A stretch of 64,000 nucleotides of DNA from Dehalococcoidia bacterium (GCA_963555985.3 OY820591.1:800001-864000), one strand, 5' to 3'. Shown: positions 19,312 to 28,689, counted from the first letter of the stretch. Notes: generated by a model from the letters alone, not told the origin. Translations and numbers: made by a program.

Positions 19312-20658
19312 TCAGTCGAACTGGATTGGCCGGGGTACGGGCGCTGGATCGCGCTGGGGTTTCCAGAGCACTTCGCGCAGCAGCGCTGGAATTGCCGGTG
19401 GAAGTTTGATTTGGAGCCGCTCATTGCGGTCGGCGCGGACCCAGAGGATCATCACGATCAGGAGGAGGGGGCCGTAGAAGGCTGCGAGTCCGAGGAAGAC
19501 GATCGGGAGGGGATGGTCTTGGACGACGCGGCCGAAGACGGGCAGGAAGGGGAGCATGATTAGCGCCCAGCCCATGTGATTGAGCGAAAGTGCGGTGGCT
19601 CGCAGATGCGAGGGAATGCGGCGGTTGAGGTAGCCCTCCATCAGCGGCATCTGCGCGCCTCGGGCGAGGCCGAGGATGAGGAAGAGACCAATCGCGCCGA
19701 GATGATCCATCAGCGCGATCCCGACGTAGACCAGTACGACCCAGAAGGGCATGGAGGCGACGGTGCGGACGATCCCAAAGCGCCGCGCGAGCCAGAAGGC
19801 CAGCACTGCCGCGAAGACCGTGGCGATCCTGGCGGGCGCTTGAAGCGCCGTAAAGACCCAGCCGACCTCGATTCCGTGTCGCTCCAGGAAGGGCTGGATG
19901 AGGTAGAACTCGGGCACCAGGGCAGCGACGAGCAGAGCGCTGAAGATGAGCGAGTAGCGGATCGTCGGCGTCCGGCCTGCGAGACGGAGCGTCTGCTGCA
20001 TCAAGCTGAGGTAGGAGGGCGTGTGCTGAGGCTGGCCTTGCTCATGGCGGGGCGGTTCGCGGAAACCGAATGAGATGAGCAAGGCGAAGGCGGTGCCGAT
20101 CGCGCCGGAGATCACCGTCGCCTGGGTACCGATTTCGCCGGCGATGATGCCGCCGCCGAATGTGCCCAAGACCATGGCAACTGAGCGCACAGCGAAGACG
20201 CGCCCGGCCAGACGCTCGAAGTCGCGCGCGCGTCCCAGCGCTTGCAGCGAATCGTGCAGGAAGGCGCTGTCGGTGCCGGTCAGCGTCACCATCGCCAGGC
20301 CCCACAAGGCCCAGGCGATCGCGGCCTGCCAGAAGGAGCCCGAGAACGCGAACCAGAGGATGAAGGTGATGTAGATCACCAAGGAGAGGCGCATCACGCG
20401 GACGCGCCCGAAGCGGTCAGCGGCTGCGCCGGCGGGGGCTTGTCCGAAGGAGGTGATTACGTAGAAGGCCGGGCCGATCGCGCCGATCTCGCTCCAGGTG
20501 AGGCCGACGTCATCGAGCGCGAAGACGATCCAGAGGGGGAGCCAGAACTGGAGGTCGTGGACGAAGTAGAACCAGGGGTAGAGGCGCAGATTGCGCTGCC
20601 AGAGACGGCGTTGAGATTGCTGCTGCGCTTGGGTGTGTTGGGGGTTGTCGATGGCCAC
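19312..20658 (-). CDS. MFS transporter
   Basis: About 12 hydrophobic segments; GAAADRFGR motif A. Confidence 0.88.
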   Translation of the reverse strand: MAIDNPQHTQAQQQSQRRLWQRNLRLYPWFYFVHDLQFWLPLWIVFALDDVGLTWSEIGAIGPAFYVITSFGQAPAGAAADRFGRVRVMRLSLVIYITFILWFAFSGSFWQAAIAWALWGLAMVTLTGTDSAFLHDSLQALGRARDFERLAGRVFAVRSVAMVLGTFGGGIIAGEIGTQATVISGAIGTAFALLISFGFREPPRHEQGQPQHTPSYLSLMQQTLRLAGRTPTIRYSLIFSALLVAALVPEFYLIQPFLERHGIEVGWVFTALQAPARIATVFAAVLAFWLARRFGIVRTVASMPFWVVLVYVGIALMDHLGAIGLFLILGLARGAQMPLMEGYLNRRIPSHLRATALSLNHMGWALIMLPFLPVFGRVVQDHPLPIVFLGLAAFYGPLLLIVMILWVRADRNERLQIKLPPAIPALLREVLWKPQRDPAPVPRPIQFD

Positions 20659-20688
20659 GCTGGGCAGGATACGAGTTCGGGCTGGGCG

Positions 20689-21237
20689 CTAGTCGGCCGG
20701 CCAGTCGGGCAATGCGCGGTAGAGGCGCACCGGTTCGGGGATGCCCTTCATCACCACTGGCCCAATCTCTTCAAACTCGGCGGTCGGCTGGCGGAGCTGT
20801 TCCAGCGTGTCGGCGGAGAGCAACAGCTCCGATACCCCCGCCTGATCCGCGATCCGCGCGGCCAGATTGACATCGTGGCCGATCAGGTCGTCGCGCCGCC
20901 GCGTCTGTCGGCCCCAGTGAATCCCGATCCGCACCCAGAGCGGCTGCAAGGTCTCGTTGGAGTACTGCTCAAAGCGTTCAAGCAAGAGCTGGCACGTCTC
21001 TAGCCCCGTCTGCGCGTCCGGGAACCAGAGCATCAGGCCGTCGCCGAGTTCCTTCACGAGGCGCGAACCGGAGGGCAACACCTCATCTACGATCCGTTCC
21101 TGGGCGGTGAGGAGGTCGTTGGCGGCGGCGTCGCCCTCAATCGCGGTGAACTCGGTGAAGCTGACGATATCGGTGAAGGCGACGGCTCCGGTGATGGTCG
21201 AAGGCGGGGCGTTCACGGCGGCGGAATCGGCGATCAT
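20689..21237 (-). CDS. Class III adenylate/guanylate cyclase domain protein
   Basis: FTDIVSFT, VKELGDG, RIGIHWG and GHDVNLAARI. Confidence 0.9.
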   Translation of the reverse strand: MIADSAAVNAPPSTITGAVAFTDIVSFTEFTAIEGDAAANDLLTAQERIVDEVLPSGSRLVKELGDGLMLWFPDAQTGLETCQLLLERFEQYSNETLQPLWVRIGIHWGRQTRRRDDLIGHDVNLAARIADQAGVSELLLSADTLEQLRQPTAEFEEIGPVVMKGIPEPVRLYRALPDWPAD

Positions 21238-21246
21238 AACGTTCCG

Positions 21247-22023
21247 TTAGCGGTGGGTACCGACGTTCACAGATCCGGAGACGGTAGCGACGGTGATCGT
21301 GAGATCGTCGCCGGGTTCGCAGTCAACCTTGAGGCTGCCGGACTTTTGTCTGGCGCGCACCCGCGGTCGGTACCCTCTTGGGATACTGATCTCGGCGCTC
21401 CCGGAGACCGTCCTCACGAGGATGTCGCCCGCTCCGTCGGTGCTGATGTCGACGCTCCCCGAGACTGTCTCCACGCGGATGTCACCCGCTCCGTCGGTGC
21501 TGACGTGGACACCGCCGTTCACACTCATCGCTTCGACCCGCCCGCTGATGCCGCTCAGCTTGACCTGGCCGCTCACCGACATCGCACGTGCGCTGCGCGC
21601 CCGCTTGATGTCCACCGAGCCCGAGACCACCGCGGCCGAGACGCGACCGTGCGCGTGATCGACGCCGATCCCACCGCTTTTCGTTCGCGCTTTGACCGAG
21701 CGCGCCCGCTCGACCTGGATCCGGCCGCTGTGCGTGTGCAGCCGGACATCGCCGAAATCCCCGCGCAGTTCAAGCCGTCCGGAGTTCGTCGCTGCGACCA
21801 GATCCGTGCCGGGAGGACAACGGATTGTGACAGCGCTCGAGCCTCTGCCGCCGCGAATGTGGAGGCGGCCATGCTCGCGCCAGACTTGGCGTCGCCGCGC
21901 GCGCTCAGACAGTCCGTCGATCTCGACATCCACCCGATCAGGCTCGGCGATCGCGAGCAGGTGTCCGGAGCGGGTCGTGACTTCGAGCGCTTTGGCGTCG
22001 CGCAGCTGCACGGTTCGGCTCAT
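21247..22023 (-). CDS. DUF4097 family beta-strand repeat protein
   Basis: Repeated T.SG.+.+ units. Confidence 0.8.
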   Translation of the reverse strand: MSRTVQLRDAKALEVTTRSGHLLAIAEPDRVDVEIDGLSERARRRQVWREHGRLHIRGGRGSSAVTIRCPPGTDLVAATNSGRLELRGDFGDVRLHTHSGRIQVERARSVKARTKSGGIGVDHAHGRVSAAVVSGSVDIKRARSARAMSVSGQVKLSGISGRVEAMSVNGGVHVSTDGAGDIRVETVSGSVDISTDGAGDILVRTVSGSAEISIPRGYRPRVRARQKSGSLKVDCEPGDDLTITVATVSGSVNVGTHR

Positions 22024-22141
22024 GGGCCAGAGCTTAGGGATGCGCCGGCGGTTCCGCGCGAATCGGGCACGGGTCTGTGTAGTGCGGCATATAGACTTGG
22101 GCGAGCGAGACACAGAAGCGAGGAAGGCAAGGATTCGCGGC

Positions 22142-22927
22142 ATGGCCTACGAACAGATTTTGACTGAAACGATCGGGCGTGTTGGGGTGATTCGGCTGAA
22201 CCGGCCCGAGAAGCTGAATGCCTGGACCGACATCATGTCGAACGAGATGACGCGGCAGATCCAGGCCTGGAACGAGGACGACGGGATCGGCGCAATCCTG
22301 ATCGCGGGCGAAGGCCGCGCCTTCTGCGCGGGCGCCGACTTGCAAGGTTTCAATCAGCGCTTGGCTGACGATCCCGAGGCGCAAGGTCGCGGCAGCGGAA
22401 TGCGGGTGAACTGGACGAATCTGATTCGCAGCTCCAAGCCGGTGATCGCGGCGATTCACGGCTACGCGGTGGGCGTAGGTTTGACGATGGCGCTGCCCTG
22501 CGACGTTCGCTACGCGGCTGAGGGAACGCGGCTGTCGATTCGCTTCGTCAAGGTCGGTCTGGTACCGGAGCTGGGATCGACGCGGCTGCTGGCGCAGTTG
22601 GTGGGTCTGGGGCACGCGACGGATATCTGTCTGTCGGGTCGGATGGTGCCGGCGGACGAGGCGTACCGGATCGGCTTGGTCTCGGCGGTCGTGCCCAAGG
22701 AAGACCTGTTCGAGACCGCATTGGAGAAGGCCAACGAATTGGCGAATAACCCCACCGCGGTCGTGCGCAAGATCAAGACTCTGCTGAGCGACAACGTCTC
22801 CGAGCCGGATCTGAATCGGGTGATGGAGCGAGAAGGCGCGCGGGATCGCGAGTCGCGGCGGCTGCCGTCGCACACGGAGGCGGTGACGGCGTTCCTGGAG
22901 AAGCGGGAGCCGGTCTTCAATCAGTAG
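22142..22927 (+). CDS. Enoyl-CoA hydratase/isomerase family protein
   Basis: LNRPEKLNA, AFCAGADL, AVGVG and VPELG. Confidence 0.92.
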   Translation: MAYEQILTETIGRVGVIRLNRPEKLNAWTDIMSNEMTRQIQAWNEDDGIGAILIAGEGRAFCAGADLQGFNQRLADDPEAQGRGSGMRVNWTNLIRSSKPVIAAIHGYAVGVGLTMALPCDVRYAAEGTRLSIRFVKVGLVPELGSTRLLAQLVGLGHATDICLSGRMVPADEAYRIGLVSAVVPKEDLFETALEKANELANNPTAVVRKIKTLLSDNVSEPDLNRVMEREGARDRESRRLPSHTEAVTAFLEKREPVFNQ

Positions 22928-23030
22928 AGCGTGTCGCTCTCGCAAGAGGAGTTCGTGGCGATCCTAGCCGACGATTCCAAGCGGATCGTGGGTGATGCGG
23001 CGTAGGTGCGCAAACTGAATTCGCCGCCGA

Positions 23031-23687
23031 CTAATCCGAGCTGAACAGCAGCCGTCCAACTGCCTCCAGATCCGCAGCTGTGTGCGTCGCGCCGAAGCGA
23101 CGGAGATATTCGTCGTCTCGGACGCCGATGATTCCGACCACCGCCGCCAGCTTCGCGTTGCGGCCCGCTCCCATGTCCGACTCGGTGTCGCCGACGATTG
23201 CGGAACGCTCCGGCGTCGACCGGAGTTGTGCGAGCGCGTGCAGGATCGGGGCTGCGTGGGGTTTGGGATGAGGAGCGGTGTCCGCGCCGATGATCGTGAC
23301 GAAGCGGTCTGTCCAGCCGAGCAGCTCGACCGTCTTGCGGCCGGCGTCCTCACGCTTGTTGGTGACCACCGCGAGCGGGATATTCGCAGCCGCGAGCTTG
23401 TCCAGCAGCGTCTCTGCGCCCGGCAACGGTCTGGTGCGCGGCATGTACTCGCGCTCGTAGCGGTCGAGATAGTCCATGTAGATCGGGTGGGCAGCTTCGG
23501 CATCGAGGCCGAGCATGTTGAACAGCATCACCGGCAAGGGCGGGCCGATGTACTTCATCAGCAGGGCTTCGTCGACCGGGTGGCCGGCGGCGTTGATCGT
23601 CTCCAACATGCAGCCGAGCACCAGCGGCTCGGTGTCGGCGAGGGTGCCGTCGAGATCGAAGATCACTGACTCGAAGCGCGGCTTCAT
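23031..23687 (-). CDS. HAD family phosphatase (Gph/PpaX-like)
   Basis: FDLDGTL, VTNK, KPH and VGDTESD. Confidence 0.88.
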   Translation of the reverse strand: MKPRFESVIFDLDGTLADTEPLVLGCMLETINAAGHPVDEALLMKYIGPPLPVMLFNMLGLDAEAAHPIYMDYLDRYEREYMPRTRPLPGAETLLDKLAAANIPLAVVTNKREDAGRKTVELLGWTDRFVTIIGADTAPHPKPHAAPILHALAQLRSTPERSAIVGDTESDMGAGRNAKLAAVVGIIGVRDDEYLRRFGATHTAADLEAVGRLLFSSD

Positions 23688-23920
23688 GGCAGGCGGATAC
23701 GCCAGTCGTCGGAGCCGGGCCGGTCGCGTTCGCAGACCATGAGTTTGCCGTTGATGAAGACGCTCAGACTGAGCGCCGGTCCCGGAATCGTTCAATCGCG
23801 CGCGGTCGGCGTCTCGGCGCGGATGGCTTCCTGGCGGATGTCGTTGAGCAGGTCGTCGGCGTCGAGGCCAAGCAGCTCGGCGGCCTGGGGAATGTCGAGA
23901 GTGTCGGTGGGAGTGGTCAT
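23684..23920 (-). CDS. Small HTH-like protein with in-frame TGA (candidate selenoprotein, or pseudogene)
   Basis: 78 codons with TGA at codon 43 (23794-23792); read-through stop overlaps the next ATG (ATGA); SECIS-like hairpin at 23777-23759. Confidence 0.6.
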
Positions 23921-23998
23921 GTACGCAGAGTAGCGTAGAAACCGGACTCGCCCGCGCCTTCGGAGCGCGGGAAGCTGGTCCGGCTCTGGAGGCTGGTC

Positions 23999-25267
23999 GT
24001 GACTGTGTATCTCGTCTTGCTGGCGGTGCTGCTGGCGCTGTCGGCGTTCTTTTCGAGCGCGGAGACGTCGTTTCTCTCGGTTGAGGGCGTGCGTCTGGAG
24101 CATGAGCGGCGGCGGCGTCTGCCCGGCGCGGAGCGGGCGGCGGCGCTGCTGGCCGCGCCGCGGCGGTTGCTAGCTTCGATCCTGTTGGGTAACAACCTCG
24201 TCAACACCGGCGCGGCTGCGGTAGGTACCGCGATTGCGAGTGAACTGATCGACGGCGGCAGCGCGCTCGTGCTGGCGACCGTCGCGGTCACGGTGCTGCT
24301 GGTGATCTTCGGAGAAATCGGCCCCAAGTCGGTGGCGCTGCACCACAACATGACGATGGCCCGCTACTACGCCCTGCCTCTCACCTGGTGGGCGCGGCTG
24401 ACGGTGCCGGTGGTGATCGCGCTCGACTGGATCTCGAAGCTGTGGCTCCGAGTCGTCGGCGGCCAGGAGGAACAGCGCGCCGCCCTGAGCCTGGGCGAAC
24501 TGAGGACTGCAATCAATCTGGGCCGTGAACGCGGAGAGCTCGAGCGGCAAGAAACCGATGTCCTGCTCGGCGCGCTCCGCCTTGGCGAGACCCAGGTGCG
24601 GCGGATCATGACCGCTCGAATCCAGATCGCCAGCATCGACGCCGATGCCACCCTCAACGAGGCCGGACGCCTCTTTGGCGAGGCTGGATTCCTGCGCCTG
24701 CCGGTGCGGGATCGGAGCGGCGACCGCTTCGTGGGTTACCTGCACGGCTCGGACGTGCTCGCGCTGCTGGGGCAGGGGCGCGGCGACGAGCGGGTCAGCC
24801 GGCACATGCGCACGGCGTCGTTTGAGTCAGAGCGGGCCTCGGTGCAACGAGTCTTGACCACGATGCAGACCAGCGGGCAGCACCTGATGCTGCTGATCGA
24901 CGAGTTCGGCGCGACTTCGGGGCTGGTGACGCTGGAAGACATTCTCGAACTGGTTGTCGGCAACATCGCCAGCGAAACGCGCGAAGGCAGCGAACCGGAG
25001 CCGCTGGAGCGCTTCGGCGAGCAAGAGATCGAGGGCCAGCGCAATCTGACCGAGCTGGCGGCGGAGCTGGAGCTCGACCTAAGCGAGGAGGAGTCGGAGA
25101 CGGTGGCGGGGATGCTCTTGCAGCGCTTCCGGCGAATCCCGGAGGCGGGCGAGAGTCTCGATCTCTATGGCTACCGCTGGCGGGTGTCGGAGTCGGACGA
25201 GCGCCGCATCCTGCGGGTGCGGTTTCGACGGGTTGGGGCGCGATCGGCGTCGCGCCGCGCAGAATGA
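23999..25267 (+). CDS. CNNM/CorC (hemolysin-family DUF21-CBS-CorC) protein
   Basis: SAFFSSAET, ILLGNNLVN, FGEIGPK and IDEFGATSGLVTLEDILE. Confidence 0.9.
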   Translation: MTVYLVLLAVLLALSAFFSSAETSFLSVEGVRLEHERRRRLPGAERAAALLAAPRRLLASILLGNNLVNTGAAAVGTAIASELIDGGSALVLATVAVTVLLVIFGEIGPKSVALHHNMTMARYYALPLTWWARLTVPVVIALDWISKLWLRVVGGQEEQRAALSLGELRTAINLGRERGELERQETDVLLGALRLGETQVRRIMTARIQIASIDADATLNEAGRLFGEAGFLRLPVRDRSGDRFVGYLHGSDVLALLGQGRGDERVSRHMRTASFESERASVQRVLTTMQTSGQHLMLLIDEFGATSGLVTLEDILELVVGNIASETREGSEPEPLERFGEQEIEGQRNLTELAAELELDLSEEESETVAGMLLQRFRRIPEAGESLDLYGYRWRVSESDERRILRVRFRRVGARSASRRAE

Positions 25268-25286
25268 TGCTAAGCTGAGGTCAGGA

Positions 25287-25373
25287 GCCGAGGTGGCGGA
25301 ATGGTAGACGCGATGGTCTCAAAAACCATTGGGCCGCAAGCCCGTGCCGGTTCGAGTCCGGCCCTCGGTACCA
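25287..25373 (+). tRNA. tRNA-Leu(CAA)
   Basis: Cloverleaf with ATGGT-CTCAAAA-ACCAT anticodon arm, long variable arm, GTTCGAGTC and CCA. Confidence 0.95.
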
Positions 25374-25378
25374 GCAGT

Positions 25379-25452
25379 TGCCGCGTAGTGTAACGGTAGC
25401 ACTAGGGACTTTGGATCCCTCAGTTCAGGTTCGAACCCTGGCGCGGCAGCCA
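25379..25452 (+). tRNA. tRNA-Gln(TTG)
   Basis: TGCCGCG/CGCGGCA acceptor stem, AGGGA-CTTTGGA-TCCCT anticodon arm, CCA. Confidence 0.95.
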
Positions 25453-25474
25453 CGCCCCCGCAACTCTTCTAACT

Positions 25475-25502
25475 CCGTCATTCCCGCGCAGGCGGGAATC
25501 TC
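25475..25502 (+). repeat. REP-like palindrome (GTCATTCCCGC type)
   Basis: CGTCATTCCCGCGCAGGCGGGAATC. Confidence 0.75.
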
Positions 25503-25538
25503 GCCGCAATCTGCTATGTTGCCTCGAAGGAGGAAATC

Positions 25539-26039
25539 GTGGCTACTTGCATTGTTTGTGAGACTGAATTTACTCCCGCACGATCCAGTGAGACGTGCTC
25601 TCACACGCACGGGCAGCGGGCACGATATCGACGCAAGATTGAAGCGCCGGTGTCTGACAGGGAGTTCGGCTACAAGCCTCGGCGGAGGTATCGGAAGGGT
25701 GGGGGGGCACGTATGGACGTGAATGGATATATGCGGATGGAAGGTGGTCCCAATCATGACCGCTATATTCACCGAATCGTGATGGAACGAGAGATCAGAA
25801 GACCGCTCCGTGAGGATGAATCAGTCCATCACAAGAATGGCGACAAGACCGACAATCGACCTGAGAATCTCGAACGATGGGTTCGTACTGGCTCTCAACC
25901 AGCGGGCCAAAGGGTTTCCGACATGATCCCGTGGGCGATTGAGTTCTTGGAGGGGGAGGGGTACCTGGTGCTTCCACCCGCTGTTCGAGCCCGGTCCGAG
26001 CCACATCCTGACCAAGGGGCTTTGCCTCTAGAGGGATGA
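25539..26039 (+). CDS. HNH endonuclease (HNH_3-like) with N-terminal CxxC
   Basis: HRIVME....RPL...ESVHHKNGDKTDNRPENLE; GGAGG RBS; lower GC. Confidence 0.85.
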   Translation: MATCIVCETEFTPARSSETCSHTHGQRARYRRKIEAPVSDREFGYKPRRRYRKGGGARMDVNGYMRMEGGPNHDRYIHRIVMEREIRRPLREDESVHHKNGDKTDNRPENLERWVRTGSQPAGQRVSDMIPWAIEFLEGEGYLVLPPAVRARSEPHPDQGALPLEG

Positions 26040-26070
26040 TGGTGATAGACTTCGGGCGAGGAGGTTGGTA

Positions 26071-26502
26071 ATGACTGGACAAGTTCTGCAGGTGTTTGTC
26101 GAGGCGATACGATTCGTGGGGAGACCTGAAGATGAGTGGGACCTTATGGGATGGTGGAACCTTGTTGAAGACGGCGATCTGAGATCATCCGTGCCGCCCG
26201 CCCAACAACAGGAGCATCGTATCGACAGGGAATCGGTCAAAGAGGTGGATGTAGCGGCAGAACTCGCGGGTATCTGCGCAACCCTTGCTCAAGAGCATGA
26301 AGTGGAGGTTCTTGAATTGTCAATCTCTCGCTGGATTGTTCCTAGTGATGATTTCTCAGAGGCGGCCCAGGAAAGGCGAAAAGACAAGATCAGGCTCGCC
26401 ATTGCGGAGATCCTTCCAGATATCAAGGTCTATATTGGTCGTTCTTCATCCGACTTGGGAGAGGAAATGGAAGAGTTGCACCGTCGTATACAGCATGACT
26501 GA
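26071..26502 (+). CDS. Hypothetical protein (lower-GC islet)
   Basis: GAGGAGG RBS before ATG; no motif recognised. Confidence 0.55.
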   Translation: MTGQVLQVFVEAIRFVGRPEDEWDLMGWWNLVEDGDLRSSVPPAQQQEHRIDRESVKEVDVAAELAGICATLAQEHEVEVLELSISRWIVPSDDFSEAAQERRKDKIRLAIAEILPDIKVYIGRSSSDLGEEMEELHRRIQHD

Positions 26503-26540
26503 TCGCCTCTTGCGTAATGGTTGTTCGGGTCTGCTAAGAT

Positions 26541-26570
26541 TGGCTGCTCAGGCAGGGCTTGAGTCCGCAA
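26541..26570 (-). mobile_element. Degenerate duplicate of the tRNA-Asn 3' end (att-like scar)
   Basis: TGGCTGCTCAGGCAGGGCTTGAGTCCGCAA vs 27083-27112 TGGCTGCCCGGGCAGGACTTGAACCCGCAA (25/30 identical). Confidence 0.8.
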
Positions 26571-26579
26571 ATTGACGGT

Positions 26580-26801
26580 TCAGCCGGCGGCTGGAGGAGT
26601 CGCTAACTCGCCAGCCGGCGTCGGAATCGGATCTCCGAATTCCTTTGCGGTGTCGATCCAGAGACCCATGGCGACTTGCACCTCTCGGACAGCCTCGTCG
26701 TAGGTGTCGCCGAGCGCCGAACAGCCGGGAAGCTCAGGCACGGCAGCGACGTACATACCGTCTTCCTCACTCCAGAAGATCGTGATCTGGTACTTGTGCA
26801 T
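26580..26801 (-). CDS. hicB: HicB family antitoxin (solo)
   Basis: MHKYQITIFWSEEDGMYVAAVPELPGCSALGDTY. Confidence 0.9.
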   Translation of the reverse strand: MHKYQITIFWSEEDGMYVAAVPELPGCSALGDTYDEAVREVQVAMGLWIDTAKEFGDPIPTPAGELATPPAAG

Positions 26802-26843
26802 CGGTCCAGCATTCCGTCGAAACTGGCTGCCTCAAGCCAGACC

Positions 26844-27059
26844 TCAGAGCGATGGGCCGACCAACTCGCCAGCGGGTTGTGGGATCGGGCGGCCGATCCT
26901 CGCGGCGGCTTCCACCCAGTACGAGATTGCGTTCTGAGCCTCGGCAAGGGCGGATTCGTGCGAGTCCCCGTGCGCCATACAGCCGGGCAACTCAGGAACG
27001 TTAGCCGCGAACACGCCGTCTTCGTCGCTCCAGTAGAGGATGATCTCGTACTTGTGCAT
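26844..27059 (-). CDS. hicB: HicB family antitoxin (solo)
   Basis: MHKYEIILYWSDEDGVFAANVPELPGCMAHGDS. Confidence 0.9.
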   Translation of the reverse strand: MHKYEIILYWSDEDGVFAANVPELPGCMAHGDSHESALAEAQNAISYWVEAAARIGRPIPQPAGELVGPSL

Positions 27060-27082
27060 CAGTCGTCCGAGTCTGACAAGGA

Positions 27083-27158
27083 TGGCTGCCCGGGCAGGAC
27101 TTGAACCCGCAACCTAGCGGTTAACAGCCGCCCGCTCTACCAATTGAGCTACCGGGCA
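27083..27158 (-). tRNA. tRNA-Asn(GTT)
   Basis: TGCCCGG/CCGGGCA acceptor stem, GCGG-CTGTTAA-CCGC anticodon arm, CCA. Confidence 0.95.
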
Positions 27159-27245
27159 TCGCCGCAACCAGCTTAGCGCACCTCCGCCGCTGGATCATCG
27201 GGAGTGCGCTCACTCGGGGCGGTTGTGAAGTGTGACACAGCCCCG

Positions 27246-28460
27246 CTAGCGGGCAGTGCCCGTGCCCACGACCGCCAGCGGCTGCGCCGCCTGCGGATCG
27301 TGCAGGCGCAGCGACACTTGGCCGTCCAGCGCGTCCAGCAGCGCCTCGCCGCAGACTTTGCCTCGCCAGCCTCGCAGCAGCGGCGGGCGCAGCTCGGGGT
27401 CGCGTCCGTTCGCGTCCCACGCGATCAAGGCTCGCAGCTGACCGCTCGAACCGACCAGGCTGGGATCAACGCGGTACCGCTCGCAGGCGGCGGTGAGCAC
27501 GGCTTCGAGGAAGAGCAGCGCCGCCCGCTTCGGCTTCGGTTGGCGGAGCGGGCGTTCGCGTTGCGGGAGCTCGGGTTCAGGCAGGTCGTAGGCGTCTTGG
27601 ACAGCGCGCAGGATCGGCGCTCGATGCTGGCGGCGCAGTTCGCTGCCCCCGCGCAGACTGAGCAGTTCTTCGAACGAGCGCGGCAACTGCTGTGCGATCC
27701 CAACCAAGAGGTCGTCGCGGACGATCCAGCGCAGCGGCAGGTCGGCAGCCTCCGCCTCACGGACTCGCCACTCGGCGAGTTCGCGCAGCGCGGCGAGCGA
27801 GCGCGGTTGCAGCTTGCCCGAGCCGGCCAGCCGCCGCCAGACGGCTCTGTCGCCGCCGCGCCCCAACTCGCGCAGTCGTTGCGACATCTCTTCCTCGAAC
27901 CAGCCAAGCGACCGGTTGGCCCGCATCCGCGCCTCCAGACGCTCGCGCAGCGGCAGCAGCCAACGCACGTCATCGGCGGCGTAGCGCAGTTGCGGCGGCG
28001 TCAAGGGTCGCTTGAGCCAGTCGGTGCGCGACTGCGACGGTCCCAGGCCGCGCCGCAACTCCTGTCCAACGAGCTTGTCGTAGGCGATCGGATAATGAGC
28101 GCCGTTGAACGCCGCTCCGAGTTGCACGTCGAAGAGCTGTCCCGGTAGGCGTCCGCTGCGGCGCAGGCAGAAGCGGGCTTCCTCGTAGAGCGCATGCACG
28201 ACCGTGAGCACGCCGGGATCGGCCATCGCCTCCCAGATCGGCTGATCCGGTTCGTCCGGAGCGAGCGGATCGATCAGGAAGAGGCCGTCGGGCGTGGCGA
28301 CCTGGACGAGGCCGAGCACGGGACGGTAGGTGCGCTCAGAGACAAACTCGGTGTCCAACCCCATCAGTCCGTGTCGCCGGACTGAGGCGGCGAGGTCGGC
28401 GACCTCTGCCCGCTCAGTGAGCAGGGTCAAAGGTCGCGTCGCCGCTGGGGCTGCGGGCAT
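27246..28460 (-). CDS. rnd: Ribonuclease D
   Basis: [31 protein letters not shown] and HRDC domain; start codon uncertain. Confidence 0.9.
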   Translation of the reverse strand: MPAAPAATRPLTLLTERAEVADLAASVRRHGLMGLDTEFVSERTYRPVLGLVQVATPDGLFLIDPLAPDEPDQPIWEAMADPGVLTVVHALYEEARFCLRRSGRLPGQLFDVQLGAAFNGAHYPIAYDKLVGQELRRGLGPSQSRTDWLKRPLTPPQLRYAADDVRWLLPLRERLEARMRANRSLGWFEEEMSQRLRELGRGGDRAVWRRLAGSGKLQPRSLAALRELAEWRVREAEAADLPLRWIVRDDLLVGIAQQLPRSFEELLSLRGGSELRRQHRAPILRAVQDAYDLPEPELPQRERPLRQPKPKRAALLFLEAVLTAACERYRVDPSLVGSSGQLRALIAWDANGRDPELRPPLLRGWRGKVCGEALLDALDGQVSLRLHDPQAAQPLAVVGTGTAR

Positions 28461-28545
28461 CGGCGCTCCGGATCGGACTGCGCGGGTTGCGCTCAGCATA
28501 GCGCGAGCCCGTGTTAGGCTGGATTCCTGTGATCGGAGGCGGGTC

Positions 28546-28662
28546 GTGAAGGTTCGCGCATCAGTCAAGAAACGCGCGCGCGGCGATCAGATCGTGCGCC
28601 GCAAGGGCCGCGTCTACATCATCAACAAGCGCAATCCGCGCAACAAGCAGCGGCAGGGCTAG
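28546..28662 (+). CDS. rpmJ: 50S ribosomal protein L36, Zn-independent type
   Basis: [38 protein letters not shown]; GGAGG RBS; no Cys. Confidence 0.95.
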   Translation: MKVRASVKKRARGDQIVRRKGRVYIINKRNPRNKQRQG

Positions 28663-28689
28663 CGGCGCTCAGCAGGATGTGAGGCCGCG

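Noticed and set aside
6971-23794. Genome-wide TGA=Trp recoding suggested by two in-frame TGAs
   Set aside because: Many conserved genes (pyrR, pyrB, pyrC, carA) end at TGA, several with ATGA overlaps, and Trp is encoded by TGG throughout.
25453-27082. Intact prophage or integrative element between the tRNAs
   Set aside because: Only about 1.6 kb, with no integrase or structural genes; treated as remnants.
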